From positions 165,187,050 through 165,251,049 of the forward strand of contig NC_052151.1 in assembly GCF_902713615.1 (NCBI RefSeq): a stretch of DNA of 64,000 bases, in the 5' to 3' direction. The position numbers were made by a program, and so were the translations under genes. How positions within the stretch are numbered: the stretch's first letter is position 1; each line of letters starts with the position of its first letter. This stretch comes from Scyliorhinus canicula (lineage: Eukaryota). Shown here piece by piece: positions 63,201-64,000 of the stretch. Under the pieces are notes generated by a model that saw only the letters and a list, made by a program, of their open reading frames with translations, had not been told where the DNA came from and ran no database searches.

Positions 63201-64000
63201 GTTCCTTTGCCATTGCTGGCACCCTGCCCGTTTTTGAGCTTAACCCGGTCCAAGCCAGGGTCAATAATTGTGTTGAAGTCCCCTCCCATGACCAACTTGT
63301 GCAAGTTCAGGTCCGGTATCTTCCCCAGGATCCTCTTTATAAACTCTACATCATCCCAATTTGACGCATACACATTTACTAATACCACCTGCACCCACTC
63401 CAGTTTCCCACTGACCATAATGTTCCAGCCTCCCACATCCGAGACTATTCTACCCGCCTCAAACACCACCCGCTTATTGATCAGTCCCAAGTGAAAGACC
63501 TGACTGACCAAGCCTTTCCTCAATCTAACCAAGTCCGTAACTCTAAGGTGCGTCTCCTGCAACATTACCACGTCTGCCTTCAGTCCCCTCAGATGCACGA
63601 ACACGCGTGCCCTTGAGCATTGCAGATGATCAGCCTAGTTGGGGGGGGGGGGGGAGGGGGGGGCTCATAGCCACCCCCCACCCCCCCCCTTTGCCGATCA
63701 GCCATCCCTTTTTTTTGGGCCAGCCTCCAGCCCGTGCTCTGCGCCTCCACCGGCCCGCCCCCAGGCAGCTTCCACTCCCAACCTCCTCTCTGTCCCTTAG
63801 CACAAGTCTCTCCCTCGTCAGCAGAACATTTACCCCCCCTCTTGTAACAACACACTGTAATCCAACCCTTTTAATAAACCTAACATATGCACACCCCCCC
63901 CCCCCCCACTGCGCTTCCATGAGCTAGCCCGCCCAGCTAGCTTGGTGGCCCCCATCCCTGGTGCCGGAAAGTCTCCCACCTATTGTTCCCTGCCCCCTGC
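60252..64000 (-). mobile_element. L1/Tx1-clade LINE ORF2 and 3' end, continuing beyond the window
   Basis: LQETH and GGDFN endonuclease motifs, SYRPISLLNVDAKL, MDAEKAFDRVEW, C-terminal HMFWICPKLRGFW...WQPFVDFFAEN; A-rich 3' end near 60252. Confidence 0.92.

Noticed and set aside
1-64000. CRISPR arrays, operons or prokaryotic defence systems
   Set aside because: The sequence is vertebrate intron/exon DNA; no regularly spaced repeat-spacer array was seen.

Overview
Eukaryotic, repeat-dense vertebrate genomic DNA. The HE1/V-SINE and HER1-like CR1 content points to an elasmobranch (shark); this is inferred, not proven. The window lies inside one + strand gene, ARHGEF10 (Rho guanine nucleotide exchange factor 10). 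Seven GT-AG coding exons (23801-52703) splice in frame to 864 nt / 288 aa, covering the pre-DH region and the whole DH (RhoGEF) domain. I could not find the flanking exons in the window. The introns hold three L1/Tx1-clade LINEs (all antisense; one retains both ends and a 15-bp TSD), CR1, L2, Rex1/Babar and Penelope fragments, a Gmr1-type Gypsy (integrase before RT) with its 3' LTR, several tRNA-derived SINEs, a hAT MITE and about 17 PIF/Harbinger-like non-autonomous elements. Three structures stand out: (i) a 146-bp piece of host intron copied in inverted orientation into the adjacent Harbinger element, with a 14-bp duplication and microhomology; (ii) a ~400-bp fold-back duplication of a MITE/Gypsy junction just after an exon; (iii) a SINE retrocopy with the unprocessed 3' end of a tRNA-Pro gene upstream of its head. 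Most six-frame ORFs are TE fragments or noise. Repeat boundaries without a stated TSD are approximate.
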